DNA of 64,000 nucleotides from positions 1,091 to 65,090 of IMG/VR virus record IMGVR_UViG_3300032329_000245. The stretch is one strand, 5' to 3'. This DNA is from a virus (Duplodnaviria; Caudoviricetes). The notes beneath the pieces are model-generated. The model searched no databases. It saw nothing but the letters and a program-made list of their open reading frames with translations, and was not told where the DNA came from. Position numbers and translations under genes: made by a program. Of the stretch, positions 34,831-44,900 are shown piece after piece; position 1 is the stretch's first letter, and each line of letters begins with the position of its first letter.

Positions 34831-35188
34831 CAGCTTTATCTTCCTCATAATGTACCTTTCTGTGGCAATTTGCACATAATACGATACACTTTTTAATTTC
34901 TTTTTTAGCCGCACCATAGTTATGAGCTTGCAATAATTTGCTTACTTTTTTGTTGTCTGGATGACGTTCAATGTGATGGAAATCAAAAGTAGCTGGATGG
35001 TCTTCACCACATTTAACACATTTAAGTGTGCTTTTAAAAGCACTCCATTCTTTTCTACGTTCTTTTTTCCTATCAGAAATACGTTTTTTAGAAGACTCTT
35101 TGTTAGCCTCGTAGTATTTAGACGAGTACTCTTTGTGTTTCTCTTTTCGAACTGCGGGGTCTTTATAGGGCATACACAAATAATACAC
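34784..35188 (-). CDS. HNH endonuclease
   Basis: CVKCG...FDFHH...CIVLCANCHRKVH. Confidence 0.85.
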   Translation of the reverse strand: MYYLCMPYKDPAVRKEKHKEYSSKYYEANKESSKKRISDRKKERRKEWSAFKSTLKCVKCGEDHPATFDFHHIERHPDNKKVSKLLQAHNYGAAKKEIKKCIVLCANCHRKVHYEEDKAAKALRDQTPTPAPQQ

Positions 35189-35232
35189 AAAAATATATTA
35201 CAATCAATTAAAAATATAGTATGATTAGTTAT

Positions 35233-35307
35233 CTGGGTAATTCCAGCTTATTAAACTGCACCCAGCAGACGATATACCGATTAGTAAGCTTAACTTGTAT
35301 ATAGGAG
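35233..35307 (+). ncRNA. Candidate cis-regulatory RNA: two hairpins with a 10-bp loop-loop pairing, abutting the RBS
   Basis: P1 CTGGGT/ACCCAG; P2 ATATAC/GTATAT; loops AGCTTATTAA / TTAGTAAGCT; AGGAG follows directly. Confidence 0.6.
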
Positions 35308-35314
35308 AATCCTC

Positions 35315-35806
35315 ATGGGTTTAGCTTCACACTTAGGTCCTTGGCTATTAGGTACCGTTAAAAACACAACTGGCACTACTGCTGGAACATTACGTAATAT
35401 GGGTGCAACTGTTGTAGCTCAATCTGTTGCTATTGCTTATACAGACATTACTGCTGGCACATACGCATTTACTATTCCTGCTGGTTCACAAATTTTAGAA
35501 GCTACGTTAAATACAACTGTTGCTTACGCAACTACTACCCCTACATATGCATTGTTTGCAAATGGTACAGCTATTAATACAGCAGCTAATGGTAGCGTAT
35601 TTACTAATACAGGTATTGTTAACATCGCTCTTGGCAATAACAACGCAGCTGGCGCAGTATTGTGCTCTAACGTAGGTACAACTGATGCACTTATTACATT
35701 TACTCAAGCTAACGTAACAGCTACTTCTGGTGCTGCTATATTGACTTTAAGATATGTAGTTCGTCAAGCTGATGGTACGTACGCTCCTACCGCACAACAG
35801 GCTTAA
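35315..35806 (+). CDS. Virion structural protein (beta-rich)
   Basis: Thr/Ala-rich, late arm, strong SD. Confidence 0.6.
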   Translation: MGLASHLGPWLLGTVKNTTGTTAGTLRNMGATVVAQSVAIAYTDITAGTYAFTIPAGSQILEATLNTTVAYATTTPTYALFANGTAINTAANGSVFTNTGIVNIALGNNNAAGAVLCSNVGTTDALITFTQANVTATSGAAILTLRYVVRQADGTYAPTAQQA

Positions 35807-35814
35807 TTAATCTA

Positions 35815-35830
35815 GGGGACTACGGTCCCC
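35815..35830 (+). other. Intergenic cUACGg tetraloop hairpin without a U-tract
   Basis: GGGGAC-TACG-GTCCCC. Confidence 0.6.
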
Positions 35831-35852
35831 ATTAAACTTTAGGAGATTAATT

Positions 35853-36146
35853 ATGATGCAAACTGATGTCAAAACGTACCACACTGCAAGTAGTGGTGCA
35901 CAACAAGTTGTTTCTGGAAGATGCCGTTTACGTGGGTACCAAGTTGCTCCAAGCGGAACTGCTGGTCAATTAAACTTTTATGATGGCACTTCAACTTCTG
36001 ATCCGTTAGTATTGTCAATAGACATAACTACCAATACTGCAATCATTTCAACAATGATTCCTGCTGAGGGGATTGTGTTTACTAAGGGTATTTACTACGC
36101 ACCAGCAGCGTCAAATACAACAACATTCACGGTATTTTACAGTTAA
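35853..36146 (+). CDS. Small virion structural protein (beta-rich)
   Basis: 97 aa; IPAEGIVFTKGIY. Confidence 0.6.
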   Translation: MMQTDVKTYHTASSGAQQVVSGRCRLRGYQVAPSGTAGQLNFYDGTSTSDPLVLSIDITTNTAIISTMIPAEGIVFTKGIYYAPAASNTTTFTVFYS

Positions 36147-36156
36147 GGAAAAGAAT

Positions 36157-36417
36157 GTGGCTACTAAGAAGAAAGGACCCTCACTTGCAGTGGGAAGAGG
36201 CGAAAAACTACCGGTTTCTAAAGGGGCTGGACTTACTGCTAAGGGTCGTGCGAAGTATAACAGGGAAACGGGATAAAATTTAAAAGCCCCGCAACCTGAA
36301 GGTGGGTCTCGTAAGAAATCTTTTTGTGCAAGAATGAGTGGAATGCCCGGACCCATGAAAGATGAAAAAGGTAGACCCACACGCAAAGCTGCAAGTTTAG
36401 CAAGGTGGAAATGCTAA
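36157..36417 (+). pseudogene. Basic small protein (DUF6321-like, from memory) interrupted by an in-frame TAA at 36274-36276
   Basis: GTG start with SD AAGGAAA; reads ...GLTAKGRAKYNRETG*NLKAPQPEGGSRKKSFCARMSG...RWKC* in one frame. Confidence 0.6.
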
Positions 36418-36659
36418 TGGAAATGCGTGAAATATTAATGTTGTGGAATATGGGATTAACTCTTATTATGGGAGTTGTAGGCTTTTTCCTAAAGGAGAAA
36501 TTCAATGAAGTTCAGCGTCTTAGTATCTTGCTTAACAGAACCCGTGAAGAAGTGGCAGGAAACAATGTCACTAAAGCAGAGATGGAAAAACTTGTTGAGC
36601 ACATGGACTCAAGGTTTAACCGCCTTGAAGACAAAATTAATCAACTTATGGCGAGATAA
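36405..36659 (+). CDS. Small membrane/coiled-coil protein
   Basis: N-terminal TM helix plus coiled coil. Confidence 0.6.
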   Translation: MEMLMEMREILMLWNMGLTLIMGVVGFFLKEKFNEVQRLSILLNRTREEVAGNNVTKAEMEKLVEHMDSRFNRLEDKINQLMAR

Positions 36660-36661
36660 AG

Positions 36662-37072
36662 ATGCCTAGTTCAAGTAAAAAACAACATAATTTTATGGAA
36701 GCAATAGCCCATAATAAAGCTTTTGCTGAGAAGGTAGGAATCCCACAATCTGTGGGTAAAGATTTTTCAAAAGCCGATAAAGGCAAAACTTTTAAAAGGG
36801 GTGGTGAAATGAAAAAGATGAAAGAAGGCGGTAAAGCGGATATGGCTCAAGATAAAGCTATGGTTAAGAAAGCATTAAGAATGCATGATGCTCAAGAACA
36901 TAAGGGCGGAAAAGGCACAGACCTATCCAAGCTTAAAAAGGGCGGCATGGCTATGAAGAAAATGGCTGGTGGTGGTTTAGCCGCTGGACATAAGTCTGCT
37001 GATGGAATTGCTACTAAAGGTAAAACTCGTGCAATGATGCCTAAAATGTCTAAAGGCGGAAAGGCTTGCTAA
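36662..37072 (+). CDS. Lys/Met-rich basic protein
   Basis: MPSSSKKQHNFMEAIAH...; repeated xxGG. Confidence 0.65.
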   Translation: MPSSSKKQHNFMEAIAHNKAFAEKVGIPQSVGKDFSKADKGKTFKRGGEMKKMKEGGKADMAQDKAMVKKALRMHDAQEHKGGKGTDLSKLKKGGMAMKKMAGGGLAAGHKSADGIATKGKTRAMMPKMSKGGKAC

Positions 37073-37270
37073 ATGAAAATGATTAAAGAAAAAATGGAAC
37101 CAATGTCAGGACCAGATATGGTTCGTCACGATGACTTTATCTCTAAGCATGAAGAAGGAAGTCACAAGCATTTTAATAAAGACATGAAACAGCATGCCGC
37201 TGGTCATAAACACCATATGGATCATGTAGTGGCTATGTGCGGTGGTGGCTATATGAAAGGTAAGAAGTGA
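37073..37270 (+). CDS. His/Met-rich small protein
   Basis: 65 aa, coupled. Confidence 0.55.
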   Translation: MKMIKEKMEPMSGPDMVRHDDFISKHEEGSHKHFNKDMKQHAAGHKHHMDHVVAMCGGGYMKGKK

Positions 37271-37629
37271 GAGCCTCTCGTGGAATGGGTGCAATAAACC
37301 CTTCCAAAATGCCGGGCGGAAAAAAGAAAGCCCGCAGGGATGATACTGACTTTACTGAGTACGCAAGAGGTGGTAGAGTTGGCGAAGCTGCTGCAGAGAT
37401 TGTAAAAAAATCTTTGAATAAACCCGGTAAATTACGGGCAGTTGATATGTTAAAAGAAGGTGGGCATGTAAATGAAGCTGGTAATTACACAAAACCTAGT
37501 CTTAGAAAACGTATTGTATCGCAAGTAAAGTCAGCGGCAGTGCAAGGCACAGGAGCAGGACAGTGGTCAGCTCGTAAAGCTCAGTTGGTTGCTAAACGGT
37601 ATAAAGCAGCAGGTGGTGGATATAAATGA
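37267..37629 (+). CDS. Basic protein (C-terminal DUF5872-like, from memory)
   Basis: GQWSARKAQLVAKRYKAAGGGYK. Confidence 0.6.
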   Translation: MRASRGMGAINPSKMPGGKKKARRDDTDFTEYARGGRVGEAAAEIVKKSLNKPGKLRAVDMLKEGGHVNEAGNYTKPSLRKRIVSQVKSAAVQGTGAGQWSARKAQLVAKRYKAAGGGYK

Positions 37630-37877
37630 GTTCCTTAGCAAAACCCCAAAAATCATTAAAGGCTTGGGGTGATCAGAAGTGGACTACAAAATCGGGTAAA
37701 AAATCCTCCGAAACTGGAGAGCGGTATTTACCAGAGAAAGCAATTAAAGCGTTAAGCCCGCAAGAGTATGCAGCAACTACTAAGGCAAAGCGTGAAGGTA
37801 AGGCAAAAGGTAAACAATTTGTAGCACAACCTAAAAGCGTTAAAAGCAAAGTTAAACCATATAGAAAGATTACATGA
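37626..37877 (+). CDS. Basic protein (DUF5872-like, from memory)
   Basis: SLKAWGDQKWTTKSGK...GERYLP...QFVAQP. Confidence 0.6.
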   Translation: MSSLAKPQKSLKAWGDQKWTTKSGKKSSETGERYLPEKAIKALSPQEYAATTKAKREGKAKGKQFVAQPKSVKSKVKPYRKIT

Positions 37878-37918
37878 CACCTGAAAACTATCCCGGTTGT
37901 GTAGTAATAGGAGCTTAA

Positions 37919-38872
37919 ATGGCATACACGTCAGGAACCAGCGTATTTAACTTAGACCTCACCGAGTTAGCGGAAGAGGCTTTTGAGCGTTGTGGTTCAC
38001 AACTTCGTTCTGGTTATGACCTGCGTACACTTCGCCGTTCACTAAATCTACTTACTATTGATTGGGCTAATCGTGGTATTAATCTTTGGACTGTAGAAGA
38101 AACAAGCATTCAGCTGACAACTAATCAGGGTATTTATGCCGTCCCTGTTGATACAATAGATATTCTTGACCTTGAAACCCGTACTAATAATGCAAGCACT
38201 TCCAATCAAACCGATATTAATCTCAGCCGTATATCTGAGCCTACTTACGCTACTATCCCTAACAAGCTTACAACGGGAAGACCTATACAAGTTTATTTCA
38301 ATAGACAGTCAGGTAATGCGGATGTATCTGAGTATTTATTAAAGACAAGCATTAGTGCAACTGATACAACAATCACATTAAAAACTGCAACCAACGCTAA
38401 TATCGCAAACTTAAACTTGCGTTCTACTGGGTTTATTCAAATTGGCTCCGAGACTATTGCTTACACAAACATCATAGGAAACCAACTACAAAATTGTTGG
38501 AGAGGTCAGAATAATACAGTAGCTGCAACACATACAGCTGATGATGCAATCACTGTTCAGTATCTTCCTTGTTTAAATATTTGGCCCACCCCTGATGGTG
38601 GTGGAGGTCCTTATACATTGGTTTACTGGCGTATGCGTAGAATCCAAGACGCTGGTACAGGTGTAAATATTCAAGATGTACCATTTAGATTTATTAACTG
38701 TTTAGTTGCTGGCTTATCTTATTTAATGAGTGTTAAAATTCAAGGAACAGACCCTAATAGAGTGTTGTTTTTAAAACAGGACTATGAAGATCAATTTGCT
38801 TTAGCCTCTCAAGAAGACAGGGAAACAGCGCCTATACGGTTTGTACCACGCAATTTGTTTTATAGTAGGTAA
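37919..38872 (+). CDS. Head-tail adaptor/neck protein
   Basis: EEAFERCG...LRRSLNLL..DWANRGINLWT; helical adaptor pattern with an inserted beta domain. Confidence 0.65.
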   Translation: MAYTSGTSVFNLDLTELAEEAFERCGSQLRSGYDLRTLRRSLNLLTIDWANRGINLWTVEETSIQLTTNQGIYAVPVDTIDILDLETRTNNASTSNQTDINLSRISEPTYATIPNKLTTGRPIQVYFNRQSGNADVSEYLLKTSISATDTTITLKTATNANIANLNLRSTGFIQIGSETIAYTNIIGNQLQNCWRGQNNTVAATHTADDAITVQYLPCLNIWPTPDGGGGPYTLVYWRMRRIQDAGTGVNIQDVPFRFINCLVAGLSYLMSVKIQGTDPNRVLFLKQDYEDQFALASQEDRETAPIRFVPRNLFYSR

Positions 38873-38874
38873 TT

Positions 38875-39303
38875 ATGCCTAGTAATTTTGCATCAGGTAA
38901 ACACTCGATTGCCGAATGTGATCGTTGTGGGCAGCGATATAAGTTAAAAGACTTAAAAAAGTTGACGATTAAGACTAAACAAGTCAGTATTAAAGTATGT
39001 AAAGAATGTTGGGAACCAGATCAACCACAGTTGCAGTTAGGTATGTATCCTGTTAATGATCCACAAGCTGTACGGGAACCAAGACCTGATGTAAGTTATT
39101 ATGGTTCTGGATTAACTGGGTTGCAAACATTAAATGGTAATGGCACAGGCATTGATCAGAATGGTTATCCAGCTGATGGTAGTAGACAAATTCAGTGGGG
39201 ATGGTATCCTGTAGGTGGTTCTTTTGGGTTTGATAGGCAATTAACACCCAATTCTTTAGTAGGAATTGGTACAATTAATAGTGTAACTGTAACAGTAAAT
39301 TAA
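38875..39303 (+). CDS. Late protein with Cys4 Zn-finger
   Basis: ECDRCG...VCKECW...PQAVREPRPD. Confidence 0.6.
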   Translation: MPSNFASGKHSIAECDRCGQRYKLKDLKKLTIKTKQVSIKVCKECWEPDQPQLQLGMYPVNDPQAVREPRPDVSYYGSGLTGLQTLNGNGTGIDQNGYPADGSRQIQWGWYPVGGSFGFDRQLTPNSLVGIGTINSVTVTVN

Positions 39304-39313
39304 GGAGTTTAAA

Positions 39314-39502
39314 ATGGGATATAGATCAGCAGCTGACGGCATTACAAAAAAAGGAAGAACTAAGGGTAAAAATCTTGGTGATTCTGGACCTACCGTTAAA
39401 ATTGAAAACGGACCAATGAAAAAAACTGTTGGTAAAACAAATTCCAACATGAAATCCATGGGGCGTAACTTAGCTAAAGTGGCAGCTCAAAGGGGAAGAT
39501 AA
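39314..39502 (+). CDS. Small basic protein
   Basis: 62 aa, SD AAGGAG. Confidence 0.55.
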   Translation: MGYRSAADGITKKGRTKGKNLGDSGPTVKIENGPMKKTVGKTNSNMKSMGRNLAKVAAQRGR

Positions 39503-39765
39503 TGGCTAAAATTGAAAACAAACCCGCTGAAGCTTATGCTAAACCACATACTATGTCAGGTGGTAAAGTCACAGCTAATGCTAAAGAAATTGAGGTTAAA
39601 AAAGACCCGAATACTTTAAGCGCTAGTCAAGTTAGTCCACGTACTGTAGCTATGCGTGTAAGTGCTGGCAATCCCGGTGCTGACGATGTAAAAACTTCAG
39701 GCATTGAAATGCGTGGTGCCGGAGCTGCGACCAAAGGTCGTATGTCAAGAGGGCCTATGGCTTAA
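39502..39765 (+). CDS. Small basic protein
   Basis: RGAGAATKG motif. Confidence 0.55.
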   Translation: MAKIENKPAEAYAKPHTMSGGKVTANAKEIEVKKDPNTLSASQVSPRTVAMRVSAGNPGADDVKTSGIEMRGAGAATKGRMSRGPMA

Positions 39766-39785
39766 TTTTAACTAAAGAGGAAAAT

Positions 39786-39956
39786 ATGAACTTTCAATTA
39801 GAGCAAAATGAATTTGACTTTGTATGTAATGTATTAGGTGAGTTGCCTACAAAAAGTGGTGCATTTATGGTTTTACAAAAACTACAAGCTCAAGCAGCTG
39901 CTAGTAAAGTAATTGCATCTGCGCAAGAAGTACAACCAGAAGAAACTGTGCAGTAA
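39786..39956 (+). CDS. 56-aa hypothetical protein (not in ORF track)
   Basis: MNFQLEQNEFDFVCNVLGELP...; SD GAGG; stop overlaps the next ATG. Confidence 0.5.
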   Translation: MNFQLEQNEFDFVCNVLGELPTKSGAFMVLQKLQAQAAASKVIASAQEVQPEETVQ

Positions 39957-40912
39957 TGAACTACATCCAGTTATATCAAGCAATACAAGATTATGCTGAG
40001 AATACGGAAGCGCTGTTTGTAGCCAACATTCCTGTATTTGTTCAGCAAGCGGAGGAGCGTATTTTTAATACGATTAACTTCCCATCTTTGCGCAAAAATG
40101 TAACTGGATCATTAACACAAGGCAACCAGTATTTATCTTTACCAAACGACTGGTTGTCAACCTATTCAATAGCTATTTACACTTCTGACTATGCTGTTCC
40201 GTATACTTACTTAATTAACAAAGATGTTAACTTTATACGTGAAGCTTATCCAGCCCCTACAGTAGCAAATCAAGGAACGCCTAAATACTATTCTATTTTT
40301 GGACCTAACTATTCAAGTCCTAACGAACTTTCTTGTATTCTTGGACCTACTCCAGATACAAATTACAACGTAGAATTACATTATTTCTTTTACCCGCCAT
40401 CTATTGTGCAGGGTATTATTTCTAGTCTTGGAGTTATTACAGCAGGTAGTAACTATACACCGGGTACATATGTAGAAGTCCCATTATTGTATAACAGCAC
40501 CAATATAGGCGGTGGTTCTGGAGCAACTGCAAACATTACTGTAAATAGTAGTAAACAAGTTAGCTCTGTTACGTTAAGTAATGGTGGACAATTCTATAAC
40601 GTAGGGGATGTTTTAACTGTTAGTGGAACAACTATTGGTTCTTCGGGTACTGGATTTTCTATTCCAGTAACAGCTATTAATAACTCAACTGGCACTTCAT
40701 GGCTTGGGGATAACTTTGACCCCGTACTTTTATATGGCGCTATGCGTGAAGCAATGTTATTTATGAAAGGTGAACAAGACCTTGTTAAATACTATGAAGA
40801 TAAGTATCAAGAAGCGCTTGGATTAGCTAAACGTCTTGGTGATGGTCTTGAGCGTGGTGATGCATATCGTGATGGGCAAACTAAACTTAATGTTAGTGGG
40901 CAAGGTTCATGA
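39956..40912 (+). CDS. Neck/tail adaptor protein
   Basis: MNYIQLYQAIQDYAEN...FVQQAEERI...LLYGAMREA; internal Gly/Ser/Thr beta insert. Confidence 0.65.
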   Translation: MNYIQLYQAIQDYAENTEALFVANIPVFVQQAEERIFNTINFPSLRKNVTGSLTQGNQYLSLPNDWLSTYSIAIYTSDYAVPYTYLINKDVNFIREAYPAPTVANQGTPKYYSIFGPNYSSPNELSCILGPTPDTNYNVELHYFFYPPSIVQGIISSLGVITAGSNYTPGTYVEVPLLYNSTNIGGGSGATANITVNSSKQVSSVTLSNGGQFYNVGDVLTVSGTTIGSSGTGFSIPVTAINNSTGTSWLGDNFDPVLLYGAMREAMLFMKGEQDLVKYYEDKYQEALGLAKRLGDGLERGDAYRDGQTKLNVSGQGS

Positions 40913-41337
40913 GCATAGTTCAAGGACAAACTACTTTATTTAAAACTAACATACTTAGTGCGTTAGAAAACTTTGCCGTTGGAACTCCATATGTATATAA
41001 GATCGCTCTTTATAACGCTAACGCTACTCTTAATAACTCTACCACCACTTACACTTCTGTTAATGAAGCTACGGGAAGCGGATATACGGCTGGAGGTCAA
41101 GTTCTTACAATATCTTATCCACCTACTGGCGATACTTCTAACAACGTTGCTTGGATATCTTTTAATAACGTAACGTGGACTGGAGCCATTACTGCAAGGG
41201 GTGCGTTGGTTTATAATAGCACTACCGGAGCAGCGTGTTTTGTGTTAAATTTTGGTAATGATGTTACAAGTACCAATAGTTTTACCGTAACGTTCCCTAC
41301 ACCGGGGTCAACAACCGCAGTTTTAACAATTTCTTAG
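40909..41337 (+). CDS. Tail structural protein
   Basis: YKIALY...GSGYTAGG...ITARGALVYN. Confidence 0.6.
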   Translation: MSIVQGQTTLFKTNILSALENFAVGTPYVYKIALYNANATLNNSTTTYTSVNEATGSGYTAGGQVLTISYPPTGDTSNNVAWISFNNVTWTGAITARGALVYNSTTGAACFVLNFGNDVTSTNSFTVTFPTPGSTTAVLTIS

Positions 41338-41345
41338 GAGTTAAT

Positions 41346-41945
41346 ATGACAAACGAATTAGCCAGCTGCGGTGATAACGCTGTAGCAACATTACAAGCAA
41401 ACGTAGCTATTCCTGAAGGTATGGGTGTAGCAGGACATTATCATGTTGAATGCCGTGATGCAAATGGTAACTTAAAGTGGGAAGAAGAGTTTCCTAACTT
41501 AGTGGTTGCTGTTGGTAAGCAGTTAATGCTTGATACATTATTAAGAGGTTCTGCATATACCGTTGTTGGACCATTTTTAGGTTTAATTGGTAACTCAACA
41601 ACATTTGCTGCTGCCGATACAATGGGATCACATACATGGACAGAATTTATTAACTACACGGTTGGTGGTTCAGCAGTACGTGGAACAGCAGTATTTGCTG
41701 CATCTACATCATCAGGAACAACACCATCTAACGTAACGACATCAACAGCTACTTCAATTACTTATACAATTACAGGTGCTGGTGGTACAGTTTATGGATG
41801 TTTCTTAGTAACAGGTTCAGGCGCTGTAAGCACTCAATCTAGTACAGCAGGTACTTTGTATTCTGAAGGTAACTTCTCTACTGCTAAAACTACAACTGCC
41901 GGTGATACTGTTTCTGTAACATATAGCACAACCGCAACAAGTTAA
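41346..41945 (+). CDS. Tail structural protein
   Basis: NLVVAVGKQLMLD...GTLYS...GDTVSVTYS. Confidence 0.6.
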   Translation: MTNELASCGDNAVATLQANVAIPEGMGVAGHYHVECRDANGNLKWEEEFPNLVVAVGKQLMLDTLLRGSAYTVVGPFLGLIGNSTTFAAADTMGSHTWTEFINYTVGGSAVRGTAVFAASTSSGTTPSNVTTSTATSITYTITGAGGTVYGCFLVTGSGAVSTQSSTAGTLYSEGNFSTAKTTTAGDTVSVTYSTTATS

Positions 41946-41955
41946 GGAGTCCTAA

Positions 41956-44900
41956 ATGGCTCTAGTTGTTTATGACCGAGTACAACAAACGGGTACGGCT
42001 AATACTACAATTAGCTTTACCCTATCAGGCTCAGTTGCAGGATATCAATCATTCTCCGTAGTAGGTAATGGAAACACTACTTATTATGCGGCTATTGACG
42101 CTTCTGGAAACTGGGAAGTTGGTATTGGTACGTATGCAACTGGCGGAACATTAACTCGGACAACTATTTTATCTTCTAGTAACTCAGGTAGCGCAGTTAC
42201 ATTTAGCGGTACAGTTAACGTATTTGTTACTTATCCAGCAGGTAAATCTATTAACCTAGATGCTTCAGGCAATTCAACTGCATTGGGGACACCTGTTTCT
42301 TTAACGCTTACTAATGCTACGGGTCTTTCATTAACAACAGGCGTGACAGGCACACTTCCCGTAACTAGCGGTGGTACTGGAGTTACAGCGTCTTCAGGCG
42401 CTAACTCTGTTATGTTACGAGATGCCAACCAAAACGTATCTATTAATAGATTAAACCAAAGTAGCACAACAACTACGGCAGCTGCTGGTACAACGGTATT
42501 AACTGCGGCTTCTACATTTAGTCAAATATTAAGTGGTACAGGCGGGCAAACCTTTAGACTGCCAGATGCTACAACGCTGACTAATACAACTACATTTGAA
42601 TTTAACAATAACGCTACAGGTACTTTGACGATTGTTGATAATGCTTCGGGTGCTGTTGGTACCATTGCTTCTGGTGGTGCGGCTGCGATTGCTCTTTTAT
42701 CCAACGGTACAGTAGCTGGTACATGGGACGTACACGCATATATTCCTGAGAACGTACAGTGGGGTACAAACTCTTTAGCTTTAGGTTCTACTGTAATTAC
42801 AGGTGGTACATGGAATGGCGGAACAATTTCTTCAGCTTATGGCGGTACAGGCTTAACCACATTTACAGCCGCTAATAATGCTCTTTACTCAACATCAGCA
42901 GGCGCTTTAGCAGCTGGGACTTTACCTGTATTAGCAGGGGGTACAGGCGTTACGACATCTACTGGCACTGGTTCAGTTGTATTAAGTACATCACCTTCTT
43001 TAACTACGCCTGTTTTAGGAACTCCATCTGCCGGTACTTTAACTAACTGCACAGGTTACACAACGACTAACTTAAGTGGAAGTATAAATTTAACTACCCA
43101 AGTAACGGGCACACTTCCTGTGGCAAATGGTGGCACTGGCGTTACAACATCTACTGGTACAGGTTCAGTTGTATTAGGAACAAGACCAACATTAACTGTA
43201 ACAGGTGCAGGGTTTACTTTACAAGATGCTACTGATACCACTAAACAAGCAAATTTTGATTTAAGTGGTATAACAACTGGAACTACTAGAAATTATTTTT
43301 TACCAAATGCTAATAACACTAATTTAGTATGTACTGGAAATATAAATCAAACATTGACAGGTACAACATCATTTACAAATACTTTTACAGTAACAGGTAC
43401 TGGTGTTACAATAACTTTTGGTTCTACAACAGGAATATCAACAACTAATATACAAGCAGGAGCAACTACATCAGGTTCAACAAAAACAATTAATTTTGGT
43501 ACAGGTGGTGTTGCAGGCTCTACAACTACTATAACCATTGGCAGTACAACAGGAACATCAACAACTAACTTGCAAGGTGTTTTGCAATTAACTGGTTCTG
43601 CAGGAACAAGCGGACAAGTTTTAACATCACAAGGTTCAGCATCAGCTCCAGTTTGGACAACTCCAGCAACAGGTACAGTCACATCTGTTACAGGCACTTC
43701 TCCAGTCGTATCTTCAGGCGGTAATACACCTGCAATTAGTCTCGCTGCAAGTTATGGCGATACACAAAACCCATATGCATCTAAGACAGCAAACTATTTC
43801 TTGGCGGCTCCTAACGGTGCGGCAGGGGCTCCTACATTCAGAGCAATCGTAGCAGCTGACATTCCTACACTCAACCAAAACACAACAGGCTCTGCTGGAT
43901 CAGTTGCAAACTCTTTAACACTAGCAACTTCAGGTACAGGCTTATCAGGTTCTGCAACATTCAATGGTAGTTCAGCACAAACATTTACAGTAACTTCTAA
44001 CGCTACTAGTGTAAATACTGCATCCACGATTGTTGCTAGGGATGGTTCAGGAAACTTTACTGCTGGGACAATTACTGCTACTTTAAGTGGAAATGCTTCA
44101 ACTGCCACTACAGCAACTAACGCACAAGGTTTAACAGGATCTCCAAACATTACTGTTGGTACAGTTAATGGAACAGCAGGTGGATTTACTTCTTATTTTT
44201 ATGTAGGCTCTACCGCAGCGTCAACAACCGCAGGCGATATTACAGCAGCTAGGTCAGCAAGCACAGGCGTTATATATTTAGGGTCTAACGCTGCTCACTA
44301 TTTATACTTTGATGGTACAAATTACAATTTGCCGAGTGGTGCTGTAATTGCTAACAATATTACTGCCGCAGGAAATGTAACAGGTTCATCCGCTTCTTGT
44401 ACAGGTAATGCCGCTACTGCCACTTCCGCTACTACAGCTACAACAGCAACTAACGCACAAGGTTTAACAGGAACTCCTAATATTACTGTGGGTACAATTA
44501 CTGGTGGAGCAACAACTCTTAGTGGACAGTTGGCTGTTAATAATACTGTTTATTTTAATACTGGCACTGGCGTATCACAATTTAATGATTTAAATATTGG
44601 CGGAGTTGGCGGTTGGGCTGGCGGTGAAGCGCATGGAATAAATACATATTACGGAACTATTGCATCTCCAACTATTTTTTCAAGGTTTGATACTTATTGG
44701 GATGGTACAAACGCATCTTTTAGATGGAAAAATTTATATTATGGCGGACCAACAACCGCTACTGTAATGAGTTTAACAGCCACAAGTACCACAGTTGCTA
44801 ATTTAAACGTAACAGGGTCAATTACTGGTTCTTCTTTCTCAGGCGCAGGTACAGGTTTAACAGGCACAGCGTCAAGTCTTTCTATTGGTGGTAACGCTAC

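Noticed and set aside
36274-36276. Genome-wide stop-codon reassignment
   Set aside because: TAA, TAG and TGA all terminate well-supported genes, and only one internal stop was seen.
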